A DNA stretch of 64,000 nucleotides from Myxococcota bacterium (GTDB lineage Bacteria; Myxococcota_A; Polyangia; Polyangiales; Sandaracinaceae), in contig JAYZQJ010000031.1 in assembly GCA_036149055.1 (NCBI GenBank), positions 1 through 64,000 of the forward strand. The letters are read 5' to 3'. The notes under the pieces were generated by a model. The model searched no databases. It saw only the letters and a list, made by a program, of their open reading frames with translations, and was not told the origin of the DNA. The position numbers and the translations under genes are program-made. Shown piece after piece: positions 47,265 to 57,976 of this stretch. Position 1 is the first letter of the stretch. Every line of letters begins with the position of its first letter.

Positions 47265-49353
47265 GCTCGTCCTCGAGGGCCTGACTGCGCGACTCCTCGG
47301 TGCGCAGCCGCTCCTGGAGCAGGAGCTCTCGCTCGCTCGCGTCGGACGGCGCCAGCTCGGCGGCAGGCGCGCCCTGGACGACCTCCAGGGTGCGGGGCGG
47401 CGCGTCGGTGAGCATCGCGCTGCCGGCGAAGAGGGCCGCGAGGGTCGCGCCCACCAGGAGGGTCCGCAGCTTCTTCGGGGCGACGCCGCCGGTCCCGCGC
47501 ATCCGCTCGGCGCGCAGGTGCGCGATCTCGTCGGCGAGCTCACCGGCGCTCGGGCGCTCGGCCGGGTCGGGGGAGAGCCAGCGCGTGAAGCAGGGCTTCA
47601 GGAACGCCAGCTCCGGCGAGCGCGGCCCCGACGGCACCACCTGGGTGCGCTTGCGGAGGAAGCCGTCGACGTCGGTCGACTGGAGGTCGGAGAGATCCGC
47701 CTCCTCGACGCTGTGCAGGAGCGAGAGCGCGAGCGCGAAGACGTCGGCCTTGGGCGTGAGCGGCACCGAGGCCTGCTCGTCGAAGATGCGCGCCGCGACC
47801 TCGGGCGGGAAGTACATGGGGGTCCCCGCGAGCGCCATCTCGCCGTTGGGCGCGGCGACGCCGAGGTCGAGCAGGATGGGCAGGGTCTCGGGCGTCTCCT
47901 CGTTCGCGCCGGTCCGCAGCTCCACCAGGAAGAGGTTCTCGGGCTTGATGTCCTGGTGGCGGATGCCGGCCGCGTGGAGCGCCGCGAGCGCCCGGGCGAG
48001 GCGCTCGAAGTGCGCGAGCGCGTCGTCGAGCGGGAGCGGCCCGCGCCGGATGCGGTCGAGCAGCAGCTCGCCCTGGTAGAAGGGCATGACGAACCACAGC
48101 CGCTCCTCGAACCAGCCGTGGTCCTTGAACTGGACGAGCGAGGGGTGGAACGCGCTCGCGATGAGCGAGAGCTCGCGGATGGCGCCCTCCCGCGCGGCCG
48201 GGGTGCGGGCGCTGCGGTGCAGGAGCTTGAGCGCGACCACGTGGCCGGGGACGCGCACGTCGCGCGCCCGGTAGACGTAGGCGAACTCGCCGCCGCCGAG
48301 CTTGGACTCGATCTCGTAGCGATCCCCGATGACCGTCCCCGCCGGCAGCGGCACGACCTTGGGGCGCGCGGCCGCGAGCTGCTCCGCGGTGGGCGGCGCG
48401 ATCTGGAACGCGTCGTCGAGCAGGCCGTCGAGCGCCGGGGCCTCGTCGAACACGTCCTCGAGGAGGAGCTTCGCGTAGCCGAGGGCGGCCTCGACCTTGC
48501 GGGAGATGGCGTCGCGGGGGACGCCGAGCACGTAGGACAGCTCCTCCACCGTGAGGCCCGCGCAGACGTGGAGCTGCAGGATCTCCTGCTCCTCCGCGCC
48601 GAGCCCGAAGCGGACCTCGTCGAGGCCGCGCCCCCAGCCGTCGGGCCGCCCGGGCGGCGTGGGCTCCCAGGGGACGGCGCTCATCGGCGCGTCGAGCCCG
48701 TCGCCGAAGAGGCGCTCGTACTCGACCAGGTTCTTGGCGGAGAGGAAGAGGCCCGCCTTCTTGGTCGGCGCCTTGTCGATCTCCTCGGTGATGCCCTGCT
48801 CGCAGTCGTCCTCGATGGCCGCGATCGCCCGCTGGGCCGCCTCGCCGTCGCGCATCTGCACGGTGAGGTAGGCGCGGAGCGCGGCCGCGTGCTCCTTGAT
48901 GAGGCGCTGGCCGACGACGCCGGCGGCGGTCTTGTAGAGGCCGCTCGCCATCACGACCTTCACCGACGCGCCGACCTTCGCGGCCTCCTTCGGCGCGGGC
49001 GCCTTCTTCTCGGCCGGGCCCTTCGCCAGGGCCGGCGTGGCGATCGGCGCGCTGCGGGTCGCGAGCTTCAGCCCGAGCCCACGCTGGGTGGCCGCGAGCA
49101 GCCTCCCGAGCGCGCCCATCGGAGACGGCGGCGGCTCGGCGGGAGTCTCGACCCGGATGGGCGGCGGCGTGGTCGGGGCGGCCTTGGTCGCGATGCGCAC
49201 GCCGAGCCCCTTCTGGGTCCCGGAGAGCACCTGCTCGATGGGCGAGGGCTTCGCCACCGGCTGGACGCCGGACTCCGGGCGCCCCTGGTCCGTCTTCTTC
49301 GCGTCGGGCCCCAACCCCTGGTGGGTGGCGCCGACCATGCCCTGCGTCTTCAT
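47224..49353 (-). CDS. Ser/Thr protein kinase fused to a degenerate ECF sigma-like region
   Basis: GGGEFAYVY, VALK, HQDIKPEN, DLG and GTPMYFPPE motifs; upstream EEQEILQL..GLTVEELSYVLGVP is sigma-4-like; C-terminal TM. Confidence 0.82.
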   Translation of the reverse strand: MKTQGMVGATHQGLGPDAKKTDQGRPESGVQPVAKPSPIEQVLSGTQKGLGVRIATKAAPTTPPPIRVETPAEPPPSPMGALGRLLAATQRGLGLKLATRSAPIATPALAKGPAEKKAPAPKEAAKVGASVKVVMASGLYKTAAGVVGQRLIKEHAAALRAYLTVQMRDGEAAQRAIAAIEDDCEQGITEEIDKAPTKKAGLFLSAKNLVEYERLFGDGLDAPMSAVPWEPTPPGRPDGWGRGLDEVRFGLGAEEQEILQLHVCAGLTVEELSYVLGVPRDAISRKVEAALGYAKLLLEDVFDEAPALDGLLDDAFQIAPPTAEQLAAARPKVVPLPAGTVIGDRYEIESKLGGGEFAYVYRARDVRVPGHVVALKLLHRSARTPAAREGAIRELSLIASAFHPSLVQFKDHGWFEERLWFVMPFYQGELLLDRIRRGPLPLDDALAHFERLARALAALHAAGIRHQDIKPENLFLVELRTGANEETPETLPILLDLGVAAPNGEMALAGTPMYFPPEVAARIFDEQASVPLTPKADVFALALSLLHSVEEADLSDLQSTDVDGFLRKRTQVVPSGPRSPELAFLKPCFTRWLSPDPAERPSAGELADEIAHLRAERMRGTGGVAPKKLRTLLVGATLAALFAGSAMLTDAPPRTLEVVQGAPAAELAPSDASERELLLQERLRTEESRSQALEDELTTLRRRQLRLPE

Positions 49354-49411
49354 CGCGCGTGCCCCCGGGGCAAGCTACAGGGACGGGGTCCAGGATCGCA
49401 AGAAAGCCCCC

Positions 49412-50764
49412 TCACGTTCCGCCCTCCCCGCCCGGGCCCACGCGCACCAGCCGGGTGACCATCGGGTAGCGGAGGCGGTCGGTCTGGGTGGCGGCGCCGC
49501 GGGCCCAGAACACGGTGCGGGTGCGCTCGAGGACCGAGCCGTCCTCGCCCTCGTCGACGACCTCCTCGCTGCCGGCGGGCAAGCGCGGATCGACCTCGCG
49601 CTCGACCGCCGCGTGGCGGCGGTGCAGCACCCGGGTGTTCCACTCGACGCGGGGCGCGCGCCGGGCCCCCATCAGCTCCACCCGCATGGTGCCGCGGTAG
49701 GCGCTCGCGCGGACGCGGACGTGGAAGGGGTGCGGGTTCCGGATCCGCACGTCCTTGTTGGGCCAGCTGACCGCGGCGTCGAGGCCGGCGGGGATGTAGG
49801 TCGAGTTGCGGGTGTGGGGGTGATGCTCGACGATGTCGAAGCCGGCGAAGAAGGCGGCCGCGTGGAGCGTCGCCGCGGCCTGGCAGACCCCGCCGCCGAT
49901 GCCCTCGGTGCGGCGGCCGCCCCGGGCGAGCTCGATGGCCGGCGCGAAGCCGCGCTCGAACGTGCGCTCCCCGACCACCTCGTTGAAGGAGAGCTCGCCG
50001 CCGGGCTCGATGACCGCGCCGTCGAGGAACCGGGTGGCCAGCTCGATGTTGCGGGCCCGCCCCGCGGCGTCGCCGTAGAAGGCGTAGCGGGTCTCGTGGG
50101 CGGCGACGACCTCGTCGAAGCGCGCCTCGTGGGCGTCGCGGACGGGGTAGGCGGCCGGCGCGAGCGAGCGGACCGGAAGGCGCAGGAAGGTCTGGTCGGT
50201 GCGGAGCGCCTCCGACACCGCGGCGGTGGCCGGCGTCAGGTTCAGCGACACCCCGGGCCGCCCCCCGTACCCCGCGACGTCGGTGGGCGTCGGATCGACG
50301 CTCGCCCGCCGGCGCAGGTCGGCGAGGAAGGCGTGCGCGGCCTCGGCGTCGACCTCGCGGCGCCAGTCGAGCGCCCGGCTCTCACGGGTCCAGGCGGCGA
50401 TCACCCGGGCGTGGAGCGGCGCGTCTCCCCGCGCGGCGCGCACCGCCGCGAGCGCCGCCTCGACGTCCACCGCCCCACCGAGCTCTCGCCGTGTCGCGCG
50501 CACCACCTGCGAGCCCGCGTCCAGGCTGACCTCGGTCTCGTGCCACTGCGCGGCGAGGCGACGCACGAAGCGCTCGCAGTCCCCCTCGGGCACGGCCACG
50601 CCGGCGAGGGTGATGGGCTGACCTTCGTACGCAGTGAGCGCGCTGACGCCCCAGCCGAGCGCCGCGAGGGAGAGCGCGAGCCCCAACGCCCCCGCGAGCC
50701 GGCGCGGCCCGATGCGCGCGGGCCACGTCGGGCGAGGCAGCGTGGGTTCGACGGCGGAGGACAT
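49412..50764 (-). CDS. VanW-family protein
   Basis: RARNIELA, SFNEVVGER, GGGVCQ, EHHPH and GLDAAV motifs; N-terminal TM; G5-like C-terminus. Confidence 0.88.
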   Translation of the reverse strand: MSSAVEPTLPRPTWPARIGPRRLAGALGLALSLAALGWGVSALTAYEGQPITLAGVAVPEGDCERFVRRLAAQWHETEVSLDAGSQVVRATRRELGGAVDVEAALAAVRAARGDAPLHARVIAAWTRESRALDWRREVDAEAAHAFLADLRRRASVDPTPTDVAGYGGRPGVSLNLTPATAAVSEALRTDQTFLRLPVRSLAPAAYPVRDAHEARFDEVVAAHETRYAFYGDAAGRARNIELATRFLDGAVIEPGGELSFNEVVGERTFERGFAPAIELARGGRRTEGIGGGVCQAAATLHAAAFFAGFDIVEHHPHTRNSTYIPAGLDAAVSWPNKDVRIRNPHPFHVRVRASAYRGTMRVELMGARRAPRVEWNTRVLHRRHAAVEREVDPRLPAGSEEVVDEGEDGSVLERTRTVFWARGAATQTDRLRYPMVTRLVRVGPGGEGGT

Positions 50765-50836
50765 GGCGGGCGGAGCCTCGAAGCTACCGGCTCGCGCCCT
50801 CGGGGCCAAGAATCCCGGCTTTGACAGCCCCCGGAC

Positions 50837-51172
50837 ATGAGCGATCATGCGGCGGTGTCCGCGGACCCCGAGCTGTTCGTCGCCGTGAGCGTCTTCGTCG
50901 TCGCCAACGAGATGGACGACGCCGTGCAGGACGCCTTCCGCGCGCGGCCACACCTGGTGGACGGCGCCGACGGCTTCGTGCGCATGGAGGTGCTCCGGGG
51001 CGTCGACGATCCGAAGGAGTTCTGGCTGATCACCCACTGGCGGGACGAGGCGAGCTACGTCGCCTGGCACCGAGGCCACACCTATCACGACTCGCACGCC
51101 GGCATCCCGAAGGGGCTGAAGCTCGTGCGCGGCAGCGCGAGCGTGCGCCGCATGCGGAGCGTCGCGCTGTGA
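50837..51172 (+). CDS. ABM-domain monooxygenase (IsdG/HmoA-like, candidate haem-degrading enzyme)
   Basis: AFRARP..VDGADGF..THW....YVAW.....DSH pattern; GTGA overlap with the next gene. Confidence 0.8.
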   Translation: MSDHAAVSADPELFVAVSVFVVANEMDDAVQDAFRARPHLVDGADGFVRMEVLRGVDDPKEFWLITHWRDEASYVAWHRGHTYHDSHAGIPKGLKLVRGSASVRRMRSVAL

Positions 51173-52224
51173 GCGCCGAGGGGGCGGCCTGGCTGATCGA
51201 GCGAGCGCCCGCGCTCGCGGCCAGGGTCACCGACTTGCAGTACGCGCGCCGTCCGGAGCTGGCCCAGCGCTGGGGAGACGCGGGGCGCCAGCGCTGCGAG
51301 GAGGACGCCCGCCATCACCTCGACTACCTCGCGTCCGCCCTGCGGGGCGCCTCGGAGGCGCTCTTCGTGCGCTACGTGGAGTGGGCCAAGGTCCTGCTCG
51401 CGGCGTACGGGGTCGGCGCCGACGACCTGCGGCTGAACCTGGAGATCCTGCGCGAGGCGGTGCTGGAGGCGGCCGAAGAGGCGGACGGCGCGACGCTGCG
51501 CGCCCCGATCGACGCCGCGCTCGCGCAGCTCGACGACATGCCCTCGTCGCTGCCCTCGCTGATCGACCCGAGCGCGCCTCACGCCGGGCTCGCCCGACGG
51601 TACCTCGACGCCATGCTCGCCGGAGAGCGCCGCCGGGCGATGGAGATGGTGATGGACGCGGTGAAGGGCGGGGCCCCGGTCCGCGAGATCTACCTCCACG
51701 TCTTCGCCCCGGTGCAGCACGAGATCGGGCGGCTCTGGCAGGAGAACGAGATCTCCGTCGCCACCGAGCACTACTGCACGGCGATCACCCAGCTGGTGAT
51801 CTCGCAGCTCTATCCGTGGGTCTTCGCGGGCGAGCGGCGCGGGCGCACCCTGGTCGCCACCTGCATCGAGGGCGACCTGCACGAGCTCGGCGTGCGCATG
51901 GTGGCCGACTTCTTCGAGATGGACGGCTGGGACACCATCTACCTGGGGGCGAACGTCCCCCTCCGGAGCATCGTGGACACGGTCGAAGAGAAGGGCGCGG
52001 ATCTGGTCGCGGTGTCGGCGACGATCTCCAAGCACACCGGGGGCATCGCGAGCCTGCTCGAGGCGCTGCGCGCGCGGCCGGCCACCCGGGACGTCCCGGT
52101 CCTCGTCGGCGGCTACCCGTTCAACCTCGAGCCCGAGCTGTGGCGGCGCCTCGGGGCGAGCGGCCACGCGCGCGACGCCGAGGAGGCGGTCTCGATCGGG
52201 CGCCGGCTCGTGGAGGGGGCGTGA
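51169..52224 (+). CDS. Globin/phycobiliprotein-like domain fused to a CarH-type B12-binding domain
   Basis: RCEEDARHHLDYLASAL N-terminal motif; IGRLWQENEISVATEH (W-x9-EH); EGDLHELG; YLGANVP; VLVGG. Confidence 0.85.
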   Translation: MSAEGAAWLIERAPALAARVTDLQYARRPELAQRWGDAGRQRCEEDARHHLDYLASALRGASEALFVRYVEWAKVLLAAYGVGADDLRLNLEILREAVLEAAEEADGATLRAPIDAALAQLDDMPSSLPSLIDPSAPHAGLARRYLDAMLAGERRRAMEMVMDAVKGGAPVREIYLHVFAPVQHEIGRLWQENEISVATEHYCTAITQLVISQLYPWVFAGERRGRTLVATCIEGDLHELGVRMVADFFEMDGWDTIYLGANVPLRSIVDTVEEKGADLVAVSATISKHTGGIASLLEALRARPATRDVPVLVGGYPFNLEPELWRRLGASGHARDAEEAVSIGRRLVEGA

Positions 52225-53393
52225 GCGGCTCGATCCGGCTCGGCATCGCGCTCCGCCTCGGCGAGGGCGGGGTCATCGAGGAGATCCTCGTCGACGGCTT
52301 CGGCCTCGCGAAGACCGGCGCGCGCCTCGACGAGCTGGTCGAGCCGGCGAGCGCCGAGAAGGCCCGGCACTTCCTGGATCAGATCGCGCGCGAGGGGGTG
52401 GCCTTCGACTGGGAGCTCACGGTTCCCCACGCCGGCAAGCTCACCGTGCTGACCTTCTCGGGCCGCGAGCACGACGGCTCGGCGGTGGTCCTCGGCGGCC
52501 GGACCGCGCTCGAGATCGAGCGCCTGTACGACGACCTCCTGCGCATCAACAACGAGCAGGCCAACCTGCTGCGGAGCACGGTGCTCGAGCTCACGAGCGT
52601 GAAGCGGCGGCGGCCGACCGACACGCTCGACGAGATGATGGAGCTCAACAACGAGCTCGCCTCCCTGCAGCGCGAGCTGGCCCGCCAGAACGTGCAGCTC
52701 GAGCGCCTGAACCAGCAAAAGAACCAGCTCCTCGGCATGGTGGCCCACGATCTCCGCAACCCGCTCGGGGTGGTCGCCGGCTACGCGCGCTCGATGCTGG
52801 AGGGCATGGGTGGGCCGCCGAACGAGCGGCACCGACGCTTCCTCGAGCGCATCACCCGCACCAGCGAGCACATGCTCGGCATGGTCGAGGACCTGGTCGA
52901 TCTCTCGGCCATCGAGTCCGGCCGCGTCTCGGTGGAGCGGGCCCCGCTCGACCTGTCCCAGATGCTGGGCGACGCGGTGGAGATCCACGGCCTCATCGCC
53001 GAGCAGAAGGGCATCGAGGTGACGCTCGAGGTCCCGGAGGCGCTCGCGCTCGAGGCGGACGGCGGCAAGCTGCGTCAGGTCGTCGACAACCTGCTGAGCA
53101 ACGCCATCAAGTACTCGCACGAGGGCACGACCGTCCAGGTCCGGGCCCGCGTCGAGGACGGCGCGGTGGTGCTCGAGGTGCGCGACCAGGGGCAGGGCAT
53201 CCCGGAGGCCGAGCGCGCCCGGCTGTTCCAGCCGTTCGGCCGCACGAGCGTGCGCGCCACCGCCGGGGAGAAGAGCACCGGCCTCGGCCTCGCGATCGTG
53301 AAGCGCATCGTCGAGGCCCACGACGGCGGCATCGAGGTCGAGAGCACGGTCGGCGCCGGCTCCACCTTCCGCGTCACCCTGCCCCGCACCTGA
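52221..53393 (+). CDS. Cytoplasmic sensor histidine kinase
   Basis: MVAHDLRNPL, NLLSNAIKY, DQGQGI and STGLGL motifs; coiled coil; GTGA overlap with the B12-binding gene. Confidence 0.9.
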   Translation: MSGSIRLGIALRLGEGGVIEEILVDGFGLAKTGARLDELVEPASAEKARHFLDQIAREGVAFDWELTVPHAGKLTVLTFSGREHDGSAVVLGGRTALEIERLYDDLLRINNEQANLLRSTVLELTSVKRRRPTDTLDEMMELNNELASLQRELARQNVQLERLNQQKNQLLGMVAHDLRNPLGVVAGYARSMLEGMGGPPNERHRRFLERITRTSEHMLGMVEDLVDLSAIESGRVSVERAPLDLSQMLGDAVEIHGLIAEQKGIEVTLEVPEALALEADGGKLRQVVDNLLSNAIKYSHEGTTVQVRARVEDGAVVLEVRDQGQGIPEAERARLFQPFGRTSVRATAGEKSTGLGLAIVKRIVEAHDGGIEVESTVGAGSTFRVTLPRT

Positions 53394-53419
53394 CGCGGCA
53401 TCGAGAAGAGCGGAACTGG

Positions 53420-53569
53420 CTCTCGCAAAGCCGCCAAGCCGCCAAGGGGGACCTGGCGACGCGATGACGGGACGCCGCCGGGTCACCGTCGGCGGCCCCT
53501 GACTCGCCGGTGACCCCCCATCCCGCCGCCCCCCGACCCTCTCTTTGCGCCTTCGCGCCTTTGCGAGAG
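53420..53569. repeat. Inverted doublet of family 2 REP-like cores (REPIN-like)
   Basis: CTCTCGCAAAGCCGCCAAGCCGCCAAG (53420-53446) and CTTTGCGCCTTCGCGCCTTTGCGAGAG (53543-53569), between convergent genes. Confidence 0.8.
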
Positions 53570-53630
53570 CAGAATTGAAGAAGGCCGCCGCGGTCGCCCG
53601 CGACGGCCTCCGGTGGGCGTGAGCCGGGGC

Positions 53631-54194
53631 TCACATGCCGCCGGCGGTGCCCTCGCGGCAGACCAGGATGCTGAACTCGACGCGCCGGTTGGTCTGGCGG
53701 CTCAGCTCGGTGGCGGAGCGCGCCTGGCGGGTCTCGCAGGCCTCGTTGGCGCGGGGCTGGGTCGAGCCGTAGCCGACCGTCTCCATCATCTCGCGCGGCA
53801 CGCCCATCTCGACGAGCGCGAGCGCGACCGCCTCGGAGCGCTGCTGCGAGAGCGACATGTTGTTGTTCTCGTCGCCGCAGGTGTCGGTGTGACCCTCGAC
53901 CCGCACGCGGCGGATGTCCTGACGGCTCTGCGCGGTGCGCACGACCTCCTGGAGGATCGCGCGGTTCTGCGCGTCCAGCTCGGCGCCGCCGGTCGGGAAG
54001 TTGATGAGCACGGGCATGTGGACCCACTCCTCGGTGCACGGGCCGGTCTGAGCCACGGGCTGGGGAGCAGGCTGCGCCGCGGGCTGCGGACACACGGGGC
54101 AGTTGCACTCGGGGCACTCACCGCCGCCGCAGGCGCTCGCGACCAGCAAGGCCAGCGTGGCGACGGCGACGCTCAAACTCATGCGAATCTTCAT
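53631..54194 (-). CDS. OmpA-family peptidoglycan-binding lipoprotein
   Basis: VEGHTD, NMSLSQQRS, GYGSTQP and NRRVEF motifs; lipobox ASA-C followed by CPECNCPVC. Confidence 0.9.
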   Translation of the reverse strand: MKIRMSLSVAVATLALLVASACGGGECPECNCPVCPQPAAQPAPQPVAQTGPCTEEWVHMPVLINFPTGGAELDAQNRAILQEVVRTAQSRQDIRRVRVEGHTDTCGDENNNMSLSQQRSEAVALALVEMGVPREMMETVGYGSTQPRANEACETRQARSATELSRQTNRRVEFSILVCREGTAGGM

Positions 54195-54287
54195 CTCTCT
54201 CTCTTCTCCCCCAGAGGCAGAGCCTCCGCTGAAATCGGCCGCGAGTATCACCGCGCGGGGGCGCGCTTTGCAATAGGGCGGCTGGGA

Positions 54288-56090
54288 TCAGAGAGAGCGC
54301 AGGTAGGTCACCAGGTCCCGGCGCTCCTCGGCGCCCAGCCGGTGGGCCTCGCCGTGACCGGCGACGAAGGTCTGCTCGAGCGTGGGCGCCCGGCCGTCGT
54401 GCAGGAACGGCGCGCGATAGGAGACGCCGACCAGGCTGGGCGTCTGGAACGGCTCCCCGGTGCCGACGTCGTGGTTGAGATCGTCGGTGAGGGAGGCGCC
54501 GGAGTGGCAGCCCGCGCAGCCCGCGTCCCCGCCGAAGAGCGCCTCGCCGCGCGCGATCGCCTCGGCGTCCCGCAGGTCTCCGGCCGGGGCCGGGAGGGCG
54601 TCGATCCAGCGCGCGATGGCGTCCACGTCGCCGCTCGAGAAGGGCGCCGACATGCGCTCGGTGAAGGTGCCCTGCATGATGTCGCGCATCCCGGGCTGGT
54701 CCCCGGACCAGTGGAAGGGCGCGGTGTCGAGGATGCCGCCGGTCAGGGTCTGGGTGCGGCGGGGCCCGGCGGGCTGGAAGTTCCAGGTGAAGCCGTCCTC
54801 GGCGCCCTCGGGGTGGCACGAGGCGCAGGCGAGCATCGCCGGCGTGGCCGCGTGGAAGAGGCGGAAGCCCGGGTCGGGCCCGATCGCGCCGGCCACCGTC
54901 AGGGTCATCGGCGCGCCCCGCGTCGGCTGCACGAAGAGCGTGTCGCCGTCGGTGGAGAGGGCGATCACCCGGCCGTCGGGGGCGAGCTCGACCGCGCTCG
55001 AGGGCTCGGGCGAGACCATGCGCGGTCCGACGTCGAGGCAGGGCTGGTCGAGGCTGCTGGCGGCGACCGAGCGGACGCTGCCGCTCACCTCCGGGATCGG
55101 CAGGACGTCGTGCGGGAGGGCCGCGCTGGCCATGAAGTAGGTCTCCCCGCCCGCGTCGAGCGCGAAGTCGACGACGAGCGAGGCGAAGGCGATCGGGCCA
55201 CCGGCGCTGGGCTCCCCGTCGGGCGGGAAGCGGGTGATCGCGGCGTGCACCACGCCGTTCGGGCAGTCGTCGCCGCCGCCGCTGTAGCCGTCGGTGCCGA
55301 CGTCGATCGGGTCGACCACCGAGCGCTGATGCAGCATCGCCACCCCGCCGTCCGGGAGCGGCCGCAGCCGATAGGCCACGTTGGGCACGAAGGTCAGCCG
55401 GGTCGGCTCGCGGCGCATGGACGCGGTGACGGTGCGGGCCTGAGGCGAGCGGCGATCGATCACCCGCCCCTCGGCGTCGAGCGTCAGGAGCTCCGCCGAC
55501 CGGAAGCGGCTCACGTAGAGGCGATCGCCCTGGACCACCACGTCGCGGAGGTCGTCGTCCAGACGGAGCCGCCGGGTCGCCGGCCCGCCCGCGGCCGGGA
55601 GCGTCACCAGCTCGCCGCTCGCGCACGCGACGTGCAGCCGCTCCCCGTCCACCGCGACGCCGCGCGGCTCGGGGCAGAGATGACGCCGGGCGAGGATGCT
55701 GGGGCCGCTCGGGTCGAGGGTCACCAGCTCCCCGCGGTTGGTGAGCACCACGTGCACACGGCCGGCCGCGTCCGAGGTGATGCGCCCCGGGACGCCCCCG
55801 TCGGGCATCGGGACCGAGCCCACCACGGCGGCGCCGTCGACCACGCTGACCGCCGCGTGCTGCGGGTGGCCGACCACGGCGCGCCCATCCGCGAGGACGT
55901 GCAGCGTGCCGCCCGCGATCGCGGGGCGCGCGGCGGTGGGGGCCGGGAGGCCGCTCGGGATCGGTGCGTCCGCGTCCGGCGTCCCCGTTCCAGCGTCCGT
56001 GGGTCCGGGCCGGTCGGGCGGCTCGAGCCCCATGGAGTAGCAGCCCGCGAGCGCGAGCGGGACCAAGACCACGAACGTTTCTCTTCGCAT
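54288..56090 (-). CDS. Dihaem cytochrome c lipoprotein (beta-propeller + cytochrome c peroxidase-like domain)
   Basis: CASCH and CAGCH haem motifs; TAPFHWSG, TPSL and APFLHDG; lipobox LAG-C. Confidence 0.85.
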   Translation of the reverse strand: MRRETFVVLVPLALAGCYSMGLEPPDRPGPTDAGTGTPDADAPIPSGLPAPTAARPAIAGGTLHVLADGRAVVGHPQHAAVSVVDGAAVVGSVPMPDGGVPGRITSDAAGRVHVVLTNRGELVTLDPSGPSILARRHLCPEPRGVAVDGERLHVACASGELVTLPAAGGPATRRLRLDDDLRDVVVQGDRLYVSRFRSAELLTLDAEGRVIDRRSPQARTVTASMRREPTRLTFVPNVAYRLRPLPDGGVAMLHQRSVVDPIDVGTDGYSGGGDDCPNGVVHAAITRFPPDGEPSAGGPIAFASLVVDFALDAGGETYFMASAALPHDVLPIPEVSGSVRSVAASSLDQPCLDVGPRMVSPEPSSAVELAPDGRVIALSTDGDTLFVQPTRGAPMTLTVAGAIGPDPGFRLFHAATPAMLACASCHPEGAEDGFTWNFQPAGPRRTQTLTGGILDTAPFHWSGDQPGMRDIMQGTFTERMSAPFSSGDVDAIARWIDALPAPAGDLRDAEAIARGEALFGGDAGCAGCHSGASLTDDLNHDVGTGEPFQTPSLVGVSYRAPFLHDGRAPTLEQTFVAGHGEAHRLGAEERRDLVTYLRSL

Positions 56091-56202
56091 CGTTCCTCCC
56101 CGGGGCGATCAGGGTGCTCCCGATCCGACACCCCGACAAGGTCCAGTGACGCGAACCACGCGATCGTTGCAAAAAAAGACGCGCTCGGCTCGGAAAACCC
56201 GC

Positions 56203-57831
<1,629 letters not shown>

Positions 57832-57976
57832 GGCGGTCTCGTGCTCGCGGGCATGGGTGCGTCGCACGGACCGCCCCCGCAGCCGTCATCTTGGATGACC
57901 CCGGACACTCTGACGCATGAACGCCCCCGGGGCCCGCCGATTTCGACCGCCCCGGGGGTGTCCGCCGATGGAGACA

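Noticed and set aside
50821..53393. Long N-terminal extensions of the B12-binding protein and histidine kinase in the ORF track
   Set aside because: The extensions overlap upstream genes in other frames; GTGA-coupled starts at 51169 and 52221 fit better.
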